64,000 nt of DNA, taken from NCBI GenBank assembly GCA_963754925.1, contig CAVWHX010000004.1, forward strand, positions 555,883 to 619,882, given 5' to 3'. The stretch comes from an uncultured delta proteobacterium (GTDB lineage: Bacteria; Myxococcota; B64-G9). The notes beneath the pieces were generated by a model. That model made no database searches. It was not told the DNA's origin and was given only the letters and a program-made list of their open reading frames with translations. This document shows positions 19,836 to 29,520 of this stretch, one piece after another. The position numbers were made by a program, and so were the translations under genes. Position 1 is the first letter of the stretch. Every line of letters begins with the position of its first letter.

Positions 19836-21158
19836 TCAGATTTCCTTGCCGAGCTCTTCCTCTTCTTCGTGATCGGCAATCTCGATGACGCGATCCCCCT
19901 GGCTATCGGCCGCCGGCAGTTCCTGCACCTTGCGCAGTTTGCGCTCAATCGCCCGGCTGCGCGTAGCTGCTTCCCCAACGACGTTGCTTGCCTCCTGCAA
20001 CTTCTTCTGAACTTTATCAATCACTCCGCCAAACTTACCGAATTCGCCCTTGACCTCCTCAAGCACTTTCCAAACCTCACTGGAACGCCTTTGGATCGCG
20101 AGCGTCCGGAACCCGGTCTGCAGGCTGTTGAGCACCGCGGCGAGCGTCGTGGGCCCCGTCAGCAGCACGTGGTAGTCACGCTGGAGCAGTTCGAGCAATC
20201 CGGGCCGGCGCAGCACTTCGGCATACAGCCCTTCGGTCGGTAGAAACATCAGGGCAAAGTCGGTGGTGTTGGGTGGATCGAGATATTTATCGCGAATGTC
20301 TCGGGCATAACCCTTAATACACGCCTCCAGTCGCCGGGTCGACTCGTCAACCAGGCCAGCATTACCTTTTTCGGCGGCGTCGATCAACCGCTGGTAATCC
20401 TCCTGGGGAAACTTCGCGTCGATCGGCAGCCAAACCACCTGGCCTTCGCATTCGCTGCGGCCGGGCAGCTTGATGGCGTACTCGACCCGCTCGGAGCAAC
20501 CACCCTTGGTAGCCACGTTCTGCCCGTACTGATCCGGGGCGAAGATTTGCTCGAGCAGGTTGCCCAGTTGGATCTCTCCGAAGGTGCCGCGAGTCTTGAC
20601 GTTGGTCAGCACTTTTTTGAGATCCCCCACCCCGGCGGCCAGTGACTGCATCTCGCCCAATCCCTTGTGGACTTGCTCGAGTCGCTCGCTGACCAGCCGG
20701 AACGAATCGCTCAAGCGCTTCTCCAAAGTGCCTTGGAGTTTCTCATCCACGGTCTTACGCATCTCTTCGAGCTTCTTGGTGTTGTCCTCCTGTAAGGCCA
20801 GAAGACGCGCCTCGACGGTCGCTTTGAGCGTCTCCCCCCGTCCCTCCATGCTCCGGCTCATTTCTCCGAGAATACGTAGAACCGAGTCGTTGAAACCTTT
20901 GAGGGTGACGAGCACCTCCTCCCGCAGCTGCTTGAAGCTTCCGCCAAGTTCTTCGCGAAGGGCGCGCGATTGGCGATCGGCCTCTTCTCGAGCCTGGGAG
21001 GCCCGTTCACCGATCGCGCCTTCGATGCGCTCGAGGTCGCGTGCGTTGCTGTCGAGCCGAGAACCAATCTGAGAAAGCTCCTTTGACGGCAACCGCAGCA
21101 GGATCGCAACCAACAATCCAACCAGGACAACCAAAAGGATGACTGAAACGATGCTCAT
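19836..21158 (-). CDS. rmuC: DNA recombination protein RmuC
   Basis: N-terminal TM helix, coiled coil, KTRGTFGEIQL, LPIDAKFP, TTDFALMFLPTEGLYAE, GPTTL; start uncertain (21158-21197). Confidence 0.92.
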   Translation of the reverse strand: MSIVSVILLVVLVGLLVAILLRLPSKELSQIGSRLDSNARDLERIEGAIGERASQAREEADRQSRALREELGGSFKQLREEVLVTLKGFNDSVLRILGEMSRSMEGRGETLKATVEARLLALQEDNTKKLEEMRKTVDEKLQGTLEKRLSDSFRLVSERLEQVHKGLGEMQSLAAGVGDLKKVLTNVKTRGTFGEIQLGNLLEQIFAPDQYGQNVATKGGCSERVEYAIKLPGRSECEGQVVWLPIDAKFPQEDYQRLIDAAEKGNAGLVDESTRRLEACIKGYARDIRDKYLDPPNTTDFALMFLPTEGLYAEVLRRPGLLELLQRDYHVLLTGPTTLAAVLNSLQTGFRTLAIQRRSSEVWKVLEEVKGEFGKFGGVIDKVQKKLQEASNVVGEAATRSRAIERKLRKVQELPAADSQGDRVIEIADHEEEEELGKEI

Positions 21159-21288
21159 AACGTCCAACACGAGAAACCTTCCTATGCGTATCAGCATTCA
21201 ACCGGTATCATCGAGTGGCATTATAGCTGCATTTGATTTTTTGCATATCGATTTGATGATTAGGCCTACGAATGTTGCAAGCCGCTGG

Positions 21289-21651
21289 TTATTTCCAGAA
21301 GATCATTCTCATCGACACTATCAGCAGTACTACGCCAAATATCTTTTTCAAGTGCTCGGTCTCGATATTCGTCGCGAGTTTCGCACCGAAATATCCCCCA
21401 ACCAAAAAACCAGCCGCTATTAACAGGGCAATCGGTATATTTACGTAACCGCTTTTGTAATACTCTAAGGCCGCAAAAAAGCCGATCGGCGGTATCATGG
21501 CGGCAAGCGTTGTGCCCTGCGCCTGATGCTGGTCAAAATGGAGAAATAGAACCATGGCCGGTATCATGATGATGCCGCCGCCAATGCCGATTAGTCCGCC
21601 GAGAACTCCACTACAAAGACCAATAATGGTTGCTATCCAATACATATGCAC
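21289..21651 (-). CDS. sulfite exporter TauE/SafE (TSUP) family, single-repeat protein
   Basis: GLIGIGGGIIMIP, QHQAQGTTLA, GGYFGAK. Confidence 0.85.
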   Translation of the reverse strand: MHMYWIATIIGLCSGVLGGLIGIGGGIIMIPAMVLFLHFDQHQAQGTTLAAMIPPIGFFAALEYYKSGYVNIPIALLIAAGFLVGGYFGAKLATNIETEHLKKIFGVVLLIVSMRMIFWK

Positions 21652-21684
21652 CTCGATCTGAAATGCTGATGTGCCGTCATGGGC

Positions 21685-23400
21685 TCATTTTTTTAAGGTA
21701 TAGGCCAGCGCGTAACCTTCTCGGCGGTAGTCGCTCACTGCCCGATATTCGTCTCCCACAGCGAATACGCCATGGACATCGCCAATGAGCTCGTCTTTGT
21801 TCTGTATCGCATACCCCCTGGCGGAAAGACCGGACAGAAGCTCCGGGTCCAGGGGCGCCGCTTCGTGGGAGAGCGCATCTGGCCATCCTTGGTGGTGAAG
21901 CCTACTTTTTTGTACCGCTTCCTCTGGGGACATCCCGTGAACGATCGTCGCAATGAGGACAAACGCCAATGTCGTCGGAATCGTAGGCCCTCCCGGCGTG
22001 CCCAGGACCATCTCCACCCGATCGCCGTCTTCGACGAGGACCGGAGCCATATTGCTTGCCGGTCGTTTCCCGGGACCAAAAAGGTTTGGTTTGCTGCCGA
22101 TAACGCCGAAATAGTTCTCCTTACCCTCCACGAAGGAGAACGAATCCATGCTTCCGTTGAGGAGGAATCCAGCACCCTCGACGCTCCATTTCGAGCCATA
22201 TCGTAAATTCATGGTGTATGAGTTGGAGACCGCGTTGCCCTCTGCATCAACCACGGAGAAATGGGTCGTGTCGTCGCTCGCGCCATGATTCTTATCTGCC
22301 ACGACGGTTGGATCCTCGGAACGCAAACGGTGCAGAAGCACCTCGGTACCCGTGTCCTTGGTTCCATCAATGAAACGATACCGTTTTTCGGCATTGGCTC
22401 TGTCGAAAATGCCCCTATAGACCATATTGGTATCAAGAGGGATGTCACCCAGGTAATCAAGGCGGTCGATAAACGCGATCTTCGCCGCCTGGGCCAAGTA
22501 GTGGTGGTAGTCAGGACCGCCAGGACGGAGGCGATAGAATTCGTCTCGGTCGAGTATAGCGAGAATTTCGATAAGCAGCGCGCCACCCGCTTCCGGTGGG
22601 ACCGTCCATACTCGTTTCCCCCGAATGTCAATACCGACCGGGGCGACTTCGCGTATCGTATAGTTGGCAAGATCCGCGGCTTCCAAAAATCCGCCATTGG
22701 CCGAGAGATCGCCGATAATCTGCTCGGCAATTCTGCCGCGGTAGAATGCCGTTTCTCCCTCCTTGGCAAGCACTTTCAACGTCCGAGCCAGATGCATGTT
22801 TTTAAGAATGTCACCGGGACTGAAGGGATCGTACTTCGTATACACTCGCGCTGATTCAGGCGATGCCTTGAGTTTGGGGGCAAGCCGGTTGAGACAGTCA
22901 GCCTCATACTGCGTGACCAGGGCCCCGTCCTCGGCACGTCGTGCTATCGCAATCAGCAGGTTCTTGGCGTTAAGCTTTCCATACCGTCGCTGCAGGGCGA
23001 AAAACGCCTTGACGGTCCCGGGAACACACACGGATGTGGGTCCGTAGGCCGTCTTATTTGGGTCAGGAGATCCATCCGGCAGCAGAAACGCTTCGCGGGT
23101 CGCTCGGGCGGGCGACTGTTCGCGATAGTTGAATACTTTCGGCTGGCGCTCGTTGGTTACTTTAAAGAGCAGGTAGCCGCCACCGCCGATATTGCCGGCT
23201 TGAGGATGGAATACACAGAGCGAGAATGCCAGAGAAAATGCGGCATCGAAAGCATTTCCACCACTGCGGAGGACAGCAATGGCAAGCTCGGTTGCCTGTT
23301 TCGAAACCGAGGCGACAGCACCCTTGCCCTGGGCCGTGCTGACCCTTCCCGGCGTGCTCGTTGACAAATGAACGCGGAAATCGTTGTAGGTGGCGCTCAT
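21685..23400 (-). CDS. ggt: gamma-glutamyltransferase
   Basis: GGNAFDAA, GNIGGGGY, YREQSP, VPGTV, nucleophile DTTHFSVVD, PGKRP.SNM.P, GTPGG. Confidence 0.92.
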   Translation of the reverse strand: MSATYNDFRVHLSTSTPGRVSTAQGKGAVASVSKQATELAIAVLRSGGNAFDAAFSLAFSLCVFHPQAGNIGGGGYLLFKVTNERQPKVFNYREQSPARATREAFLLPDGSPDPNKTAYGPTSVCVPGTVKAFFALQRRYGKLNAKNLLIAIARRAEDGALVTQYEADCLNRLAPKLKASPESARVYTKYDPFSPGDILKNMHLARTLKVLAKEGETAFYRGRIAEQIIGDLSANGGFLEAADLANYTIREVAPVGIDIRGKRVWTVPPEAGGALLIEILAILDRDEFYRLRPGGPDYHHYLAQAAKIAFIDRLDYLGDIPLDTNMVYRGIFDRANAEKRYRFIDGTKDTGTEVLLHRLRSEDPTVVADKNHGASDDTTHFSVVDAEGNAVSNSYTMNLRYGSKWSVEGAGFLLNGSMDSFSFVEGKENYFGVIGSKPNLFGPGKRPASNMAPVLVEDGDRVEMVLGTPGGPTIPTTLAFVLIATIVHGMSPEEAVQKSRLHHQGWPDALSHEAAPLDPELLSGLSARGYAIQNKDELIGDVHGVFAVGDEYRAVSDYRREGYALAYTLKK

Positions 23401-23544
23401 GAAACCAACAAACTGCACAAACAGGGGCTTGTCAAGCGGAGACCCTGGATATGCCTCGTTGGCTGTTTCCTGTTGACGGGCTCCTTTGAACAAACCTATT
23501 ATCGGGCTTCAGCACAAATACTCTTATGCAGGTGGAGGTGAAAA

Positions 23545-24408
23545 ATGAGAAACACAACGTTTGTCTTCGCGCTCGTTATTACTATCGTCGCCTCAGGCGT
23601 TACGCTCGCTCAATCACGGGGGCACCGCTGCGAACAGAAAAAGAACGACCTCAATACCTACACCTTACGACTATCCAGCCTCAATATTGAACTCGCCCCA
23701 ATCGATCAGGAAATCGACAGGCTCAACCGGCGCATTCAGGAATTACGTGAAGCCCAACAGCAAAAAATAAACGAACGCAATGCGTTGCAAGAATCTGTCC
23801 GCGCTTTGGAAGAGGATATGGATCGCGTATGCCGACCGTATGAAGCCCGCGAATGCCTCGCGCTCGAGAACCGAGCCGACAACCTCAGGGGGCGGGCGCA
23901 CCCGCTCAACGAGCGGATGAACGCTATTCGCAACGATATCCAGAATCTCAACCAAGAAGTCGGCCGATCGAGCCGTGAGGCAGAGCGGATTGAGAACCAA
24001 TATAATCAGCTTGGCTGCGGCAACCTCGTCCCCGGCCAAACCGCTCAGGCGACCATCGACCGGTGCTCGGACCTTTTCAGCGAATGGAACCGTTTGCAGG
24101 CCGATATCAACGCCGATCACGCGTCGATCAATACCCTTCGCGGACGGTATGACCAGTTCGCCCGCGAACAGCAAACGCTCAGGTCCGAGGTCTCCCGCCT
24201 GGTTGCGGATATGCGCGCGAGGTGCCACGACAGCGAACGTCTTGGTGAATTAGAGGCCATCGATCGCGATCACAGCAACTTCATTATGCTCAAGACCGAG
24301 CTTGACGATATGGCCTCCCGAATCAACCGCTTCCGCATGTTGAAGATACTCAAGCCGAATGTGAAACCGCGCGACGATCAACGCGAGGCGCCGCATATCA
24401 CCCCATAA
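23545..24408 (+). CDS. secreted coiled-coil protein with spaced cysteines
   Basis: GGAGG RBS; Sec signal peptide (..GVTLA); long heptad-rich helices. Confidence 0.75.
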   Translation: MRNTTFVFALVITIVASGVTLAQSRGHRCEQKKNDLNTYTLRLSSLNIELAPIDQEIDRLNRRIQELREAQQQKINERNALQESVRALEEDMDRVCRPYEARECLALENRADNLRGRAHPLNERMNAIRNDIQNLNQEVGRSSREAERIENQYNQLGCGNLVPGQTAQATIDRCSDLFSEWNRLQADINADHASINTLRGRYDQFAREQQTLRSEVSRLVADMRARCHDSERLGELEAIDRDHSNFIMLKTELDDMASRINRFRMLKILKPNVKPRDDQREAPHITP

Positions 24409-24485
24409 AGCCACTAAGGAATGTTTTCCGCCGCGTTGACTGCCGCTGATTCTGAAAATCAAATTGAGCGCGGTTAAAGCCGCGG

Positions 24486-25439
24486 TCAGGCCATCTGCCA
24501 CTCTGGCTGGATTGGGTTTGAATCAAGCGACGGGTTAATCACGTGCATGTCAGGGGTGACCCGAATGCGCACACAGTTGGATGCATCGGCTGCAAGTCGG
24601 CGAACCAACGTTCGATGGAGCGCGTGTCCCGATTTGTGGGCCACCACCCTTCCTAACAGCACCCCGCCTAACAATGCCAAGTCGCCGAGGATGTCGAGCA
24701 CTTTATGGCGGACGAATTCGTCCGGAAAGCGCAGGCCGCCCGGGTTGAGGATCGAAAATGAGTCAATAACAATAGCGTTGTCGAGCGAGCCGCCACGCGC
24801 CAACCCTGCTCGTTGCAACGTTTCCACATCTTTGAGAAAGCCGAACGTGCGCGCCGGAGCGATCTCATTCTGGAACCCAACCGCATCATGAATGTACAGA
24901 TGGCGTTGATCGCTGACCAGCGGATGATCGTAATCCAACCGACAGTCGATCTGCAGCCGGTGCGCGGGTCGCACGGCTATGAGCCGGTCGCCGTCGCGAA
25001 CAGACACCGAGCGTCTCAAACACCATAAGGAACGCAATCGGTCTTGGCGACGGATACCCGCATCGTTAATGAGTTGAACAAAGGGCGTAGCGCTGCCGTC
25101 GAGGATGGGAACCTCTGATCCACTGAGCACCACCCGGCAGTTATCCACCCCCATGCCCAACAGCACCGCCAGCAGATGTTCGACCGTGGACACCCGCACG
25201 CCGTTTGTTTCCAAGGTCGTACACAGCTCCGATTCTCTAATAGAACGCGGGCAGCATTTCACAATCGGTCGACCCGGCAGGTCCGCCCGTTCGAAGACGA
25301 TCCCGGTATCCTCCGGCGCAGGCCCCAGTTGAAACTCGATACTCTTACCACTATGCAATCCGACGCCCTGCGTCCCGGTCCAATTTTTCAGCGTGTGTTG
25401 ATTGCAATAGCTTTCAGGTGAGTCAGAGCGTTTATCCAT
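24486..25439 (-). CDS. lpxC: UDP-3-O-acyl-N-acetylglucosamine deacetylase
   Basis: GVGLHSG, TVEHLLA, EVPILDGSA, IAPARTFGF, GGSLDNA, DEFVRHKVLDILGDL, SGHALH. Confidence 0.95.
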   Translation of the reverse strand: MDKRSDSPESYCNQHTLKNWTGTQGVGLHSGKSIEFQLGPAPEDTGIVFERADLPGRPIVKCCPRSIRESELCTTLETNGVRVSTVEHLLAVLLGMGVDNCRVVLSGSEVPILDGSATPFVQLINDAGIRRQDRLRSLWCLRRSVSVRDGDRLIAVRPAHRLQIDCRLDYDHPLVSDQRHLYIHDAVGFQNEIAPARTFGFLKDVETLQRAGLARGGSLDNAIVIDSFSILNPGGLRFPDEFVRHKVLDILGDLALLGGVLLGRVVAHKSGHALHRTLVRRLAADASNCVRIRVTPDMHVINPSLDSNPIQPEWQMA

Positions 25440-25611
25440 TCGGCACCACAACAATCCCCGAGCAACATCAAGGTTTTTGAAATAAAAGAAATCTGCTATA
25501 GTTCGTTCCCATATTCAACAAAATACAATAAATATTTTTTAGCTTTTCACTATACCATAATAGTCCGGTCGTATCAACTCCTCATTTACAAAACAGGCCA
25601 GCGTTTTTTTA

Positions 25612-25628
25612 AGCAAAGCTTATGCCAG
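25612..25628 (-). promoter_or_regulatory. putative sigma54 promoter upstream of lpxC
   Basis: Minus strand CTGGCATAAGCTTTGCT is a near-consensus -24/-12 element. Confidence 0.6.
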
Positions 25629-25867
25629 CGCGTACATATCGACCATAAAAATCTTCAATTGTCAAGTCAAGTAGTTACATAACCGACGAAAGGTTTCCAG
25701 GCCTCAGGAATTGGCTAGAGTAATCAAAAAGCCACACTATTGTCAAAAAACTGTGACAAAATACCACTGTCCTGATTCATTGTCTTCTTCCGAGGGGTAC
25801 CATGACGACCGTGTTGAGCGGATCAATTAACACCCATAGCACGTTCAGATTCTTTGTAGTCTTCTAA

Positions 25868-26001
25868 CCCCTTCTCGCTGCGCTTCGAGGGACAAGAGGT
25901 TGTAAGCCTCGCTTCACTCGGCAACAACCTCTAGCCCCTTCTCGCTGCGCTTCGAGGGACAAGAGGTTGTAAGCCTCGCTTCACTCGGCAACAACCTCTA
26001 G
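25868..26001 (-). repeat. two exact tandem 67-bp copies of the dumbbell mini-element
   Basis: ccccttctcgctgcgcttcgagggacaagaggttgtaagcctcgcttcactcggcaacaacctctag at 25868-25934 and 25935-26001. Confidence 0.9.
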
Positions 26002-27477
26002 CCAAACATGGGCTTCTTTCTGAAGCTGTGCTTCATCAAGGGGCATGTTTCTCAGCTCGCCTCGTCGACAAATTTGATCGTAGGTATTGGTGAGACAATC
26101 GCGGAACTTCAAGGTATCCTCGACAAAGGTTTTGCCCCAGCGAGTGCGATCGAGATTCGGGGACAATCCATGTACGAGCACCGCGTGGTAGTTTTCGAAT
26201 GGTTCTCCGTCACCGTACCGAAGCAGGTTATAGCTGGTCTGAAGGAAATACTCCGAGAATAGTTGCAAAATTTTCGGCACGTGCTGTTGCCTATTCGATA
26301 ACAGCTGGTTACGTTCAATCACCTCCGCAATCAAACGACGATAAATGCAGAGGTCTAGCCGCAGGCGGCTCGCCTGATTTTTATTGGCGAGAACGTGGTC
26401 GAAAAGTCGCGTTGCATCCACGTTCGATAGATAGACCTGAAGCAAGCGCCCCACGCAACCCTTGAGAAACTCATCAAGAATGGTGCGGCTTGATTCGATC
26501 GAACGCTCACGATCGCCAAACAATTTTGAACGCTGCAAGTCGATGGTCACCAGATGCTCGCCGAAGATCCGATTCAACTCAAGACGCAGATTCTCACTCA
26601 TGGAACCGACAACCTCGCTCAACGACGGGTTTCCGGCGGCAGATTTCTCGGATAGTAAACGCAAAAAACCGGTGAGGGTGGTGGCCTCGGACTTGAACAA
26701 CGTAAAAAGAATGAGCGAACGTCGCGACAGATGGCTTTTGCCCTTACGGGGAACATAGCGGAGGTAGTGCAGCAAGCGCAGCAACGCCAAGAATATCTTT
26801 TCGACGTAATGACGTTCCTGGTGGTTCAAAATTTGGCGGAGCGCATCGAGTATCTCGACAATGCGGATGCGATCGTATTCCGGGCGAAACTCAAGTAACA
26901 GCAGTGGGTTGAAGAACCGATTGAAGGCAATCTCGCGCGTTACTATCTGACCGAAGTGATAAAACAAGGGATAGGGACTATACTCTCGCTTGAGCAAGGC
27001 ATCGAGCACCTTCATCAGGTCGCGCAGACAGCGGTTAAGAAGAAACAAGCTCTCCTCGGGACGTTTTTGATCCAGGGAGTGACGCAGCAGCTGCAGGCGC
27101 ACATAGTCGGGAGCGACATGGTTTTCGATATAGCTTTGGAAGGCCAGTGAGCTTGCCAGGCCGCGATCGACCAATAATTGGGTTAACTGCGAGCAGCGGA
27201 CGAGCGCGCCGCGCAGCACTGCCAGCTCTTCAGAAAAGTCGCGCGTAATGGCGAGCTCGCGCTCGCCCAAAAACTGATTATGGAGGTTGAAGAAACAGCC
27301 AATTGCTCGTAGGTACATCTCTAGCTCGAAGAGGGTTTCTTCCTTACGTTTCATGGTGAGCTGACGAAACCAGGTCTGACGGTCGACCTGGTAGCCTTCC
27401 CGTTGCCACTTTGAGTCCTTAGCCAGCTCGAATAGTAAATCGCGCACAAAGGATTGATTGTCGGTGGGATGGTGCAT
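25981..27477 (-). CDS. hypothetical all-helical protein (498 aa)
   Basis: Long ORF with GAGGGGG RBS; no family recognised; last codons and stop lie inside the repeat. Confidence 0.75.
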   Translation of the reverse strand: MHHPTDNQSFVRDLLFELAKDSKWQREGYQVDRQTWFRQLTMKRKEETLFELEMYLRAIGCFFNLHNQFLGERELAITRDFSEELAVLRGALVRCSQLTQLLVDRGLASSLAFQSYIENHVAPDYVRLQLLRHSLDQKRPEESLFLLNRCLRDLMKVLDALLKREYSPYPLFYHFGQIVTREIAFNRFFNPLLLLEFRPEYDRIRIVEILDALRQILNHQERHYVEKIFLALLRLLHYLRYVPRKGKSHLSRRSLILFTLFKSEATTLTGFLRLLSEKSAAGNPSLSEVVGSMSENLRLELNRIFGEHLVTIDLQRSKLFGDRERSIESSRTILDEFLKGCVGRLLQVYLSNVDATRLFDHVLANKNQASRLRLDLCIYRRLIAEVIERNQLLSNRQQHVPKILQLFSEYFLQTSYNLLRYGDGEPFENYHAVLVHGLSPNLDRTRWGKTFVEDTLKFRDCLTNTYDQICRRGELRNMPLDEAQLQKEAHVWLEVVAE

Positions 27478-27573
27478 GGCAGATACCCCCTCGACACGAG
27501 GTTAGGGTAAACCCCACAACCGTATCTAAAATCTTATCGCAATCGCCGGGATAAGACCAGAAACAATCTCTAG

Positions 27574-27677
27574 TCCCCTGACGGGGATAAGAGACTGCCC
27601 ACAGGATAAGAGACTGTAACTCCCTTCGGTCGTAACAGTCTCTAATAACGCTCACTCCGTTCGCTAACAGTCTCTAA
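27574..27677 (-). repeat. nested dumbbell mini-elements (inner copy 27598-27645) at the ruvB stop
   Basis: Two ATAAGAGACTG and two CAGTCTCTAA arms with CCCC/GGGG and CTTCG-type loops. Confidence 0.8.
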
Positions 27678-28705
27678 AAGAGTGTCGGCTGTTGGCCGCA
27701 GAACTTAAGCCCCAAGTGCTCATACGCTTGGCGTGTCGCCACTCGACCGCGCGGGGTGCGCTGCAACAAGCCCTCCTGAAGCAAAAAGGGCTCGTAGACA
27801 TCCTCAAGCGTCTCGCTCTCTTCCGAAAGCGAAGCAGCAATGGCATCCACCCCGACCGGACCGCCGTCGAACTTCTCGATGATAGCGCGCAAGATGCGAT
27901 GATCCATTCGGTCGAGACCCAATCCATCCACTTCCAAGCGCGCCAGCGCATCCTGCGCTACCGTTAACGTCACCCGACCATCGGCAAGCACCTCGGCGAA
28001 GTCGCGCAGGCGGCGCAGCAGGCGGTTGGCGATGCGCGGGGTCCCGCGCGAACGTCGGGCGACTTCCAAAGCGGCATCTTCAGCCACCGCCACGTTCAGG
28101 ATGCGCGCGGAACGTCTCAAGATTTGGGCAAGTTCTTCCGCGGGGTAGAATTCAAGTCGGCAGATCACCCCGAAACGGTCGCGCATCGGCGATGAGAGTA
28201 ACGCCGTTCGGGTGGTCGCGCCTACCAGGGTAAAATGAGGGAGCTGCAGGCGCAGATTGCGTGCCGAGGGCCCTTCGCCGACCATATAATCAAAATGGAA
28301 GTCCTCCATGGCCGGGTACAGGCTCTCTTCCACCACGCTGGGGAGGCGGTGAATCTCGTCGATGAACAAGACATCGCGGTTCTTGAGATTGGTCAGGATT
28401 CCGGCCAGATCGCCCTTGCGTTCAATCGCCGGACCCGATGTGGTTACAATGTCAACCTGAAGCTCGCGGGCGATCACGGTCGCCAGGGTGGTTTTACCCA
28501 GGCCGGGCGGCCCGCAGAAGAGCACATGGTCGAGCGCTTCTTCACGCTTGCGTGCAGCCTCGACGAACACCTTCAAATTGTCGGTGATCTTGCACTGGCC
28601 GACATATTCGGCGAAACATTGCGGGCGTAGCGATTGCTCCAACGAGAGTTCGTCTGGCGTCGCTTCACTTGACAATGTGCGTACCTTATCTTTACGTGAA
28701 GCCAA
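27674..28705 (-). CDS. ruvB: Holliday junction branch migration helicase RuvB
   Basis: [51 protein letters not shown]...RTPRGR. Confidence 0.97.
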   Translation of the reverse strand: MASRKDKVRTLSSEATPDELSLEQSLRPQCFAEYVGQCKITDNLKVFVEAARKREEALDHVLFCGPPGLGKTTLATVIARELQVDIVTTSGPAIERKGDLAGILTNLKNRDVLFIDEIHRLPSVVEESLYPAMEDFHFDYMVGEGPSARNLRLQLPHFTLVGATTRTALLSSPMRDRFGVICRLEFYPAEELAQILRRSARILNVAVAEDAALEVARRSRGTPRIANRLLRRLRDFAEVLADGRVTLTVAQDALARLEVDGLGLDRMDHRILRAIIEKFDGGPVGVDAIAASLSEESETLEDVYEPFLLQEGLLQRTPRGRVATRQAYEHLGLKFCGQQPTLF

Positions 28706-28764
28706 TGTCTAATCCCTCATAAGAAATTTTGGAGCCTTTAAGCTCACTATCTCTAACTGCCATT

Positions 28765-28851
28765 TCTCTAACCCCTGTCGCTTCGCTCCAGGGACAAGAG
28801 ATTCTTGCCGAGCAACGCGAGGCTTAGAATCTCTTACCCCTTTAGGGGTAA
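28765..28851. repeat. composite dumbbell mini-element
   Basis: tctctaacccctgtcgcttcgctccagggac-aagagattc-ttgccgagcaacgcgaggctta-gaatctctt-acccctttaggggt. Confidence 0.75.
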
Positions 28852-28875
28852 AAGCCCATTGTACCAAATCTCTAA

Positions 28876-28930
28876 TCCCCTTCGGGGATAAGAGCCTGTA
28901 ACGCTCGCTTCGCTCGCTAACAGGCTCTAA
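28876..28930 (-). repeat. dumbbell mini-element at the ruvA stop
   Basis: tccccttcgggga-taagagcctg-taacgctcgcttcgctcgctaa-caggctctaa, with ctctaa repeated just before the left end. Confidence 0.85.
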
Positions 28931-29520
28931 CTCCTCAGCAGGCGCAAGGCCTGCGGCAGCAACTGTTCGAGATTCGCGCCGTCAAGCGCCTGGTGTTGCA
29001 GAGACGAAAGCGTGCGTTCGACTTCGAGGCCCTTGAATCCAAGATTCGTAAGCGCGCTGCGTAGGTCATCAAGCGTCGTGGTAACGGCGCCGTCCGGTCC
29101 TTCGGAAGCCCGGGCAAGCGGCACGAGACGATCTTTGAGTTCGAGAATCATCCGCTCGGCTTTTTTCTTACCCACCCCGGGAACCAGGCAGAGCCGGCCG
29201 ACATCACCGGCACACACCGCTCCGGCCAGTTCGCGTGGTGCGATCCCGGAGAGCACCTGCAGCGCGGCCCGCGGGCCAAAACCGCTCATGCCGATCAAGG
29301 CCTCAAAGGCTGTTCGTTCATCGTGATCGAGAAAACCGAATAACTGGAGGGCATCCTCGCGGACATGGGTATGGATCCCAAGCGCTATGCGCTCGCCGAT
29401 GTTCGGCATCCCCTCGAGCGCCAGGGCTGACATAAACACGCGGTAGCCGACCCCGGCGACATCGAGCACCACATAGTCGGCCGCCCTGCTACATACAATT
29501 CCTTCGAGCCGCGCTATCAT
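28927..29520 (-). CDS. ruvA: Holliday junction DNA-binding protein RuvA
   Basis: MIARLEG, DVAGVGY, HTHVRED..LFGF, G.GPRAAL, VPGVGKKKAERMILELKD. Confidence 0.95.
   Translation of the reverse strand: MIARLEGIVCSRAADYVVLDVAGVGYRVFMSALALEGMPNIGERIALGIHTHVREDALQLFGFLDHDERTAFEALIGMSGFGPRAALQVLSGIAPRELAGAVCAGDVGRLCLVPGVGKKKAERMILELKDRLVPLARASEGPDGAVTTTLDDLRSALTNLGFKGLEVERTLSSLQHQALDGANLEQLLPQALRLLRS

Noticed and set aside
25868-28930. Clustered short repeats as a CRISPR array or integron cassette array
   Set aside because: No regular unique spacers and no cas or intI gene; the intervening DNA is core genes (ruvAB); the canonical attC RYYYAAC/L-box layout is absent
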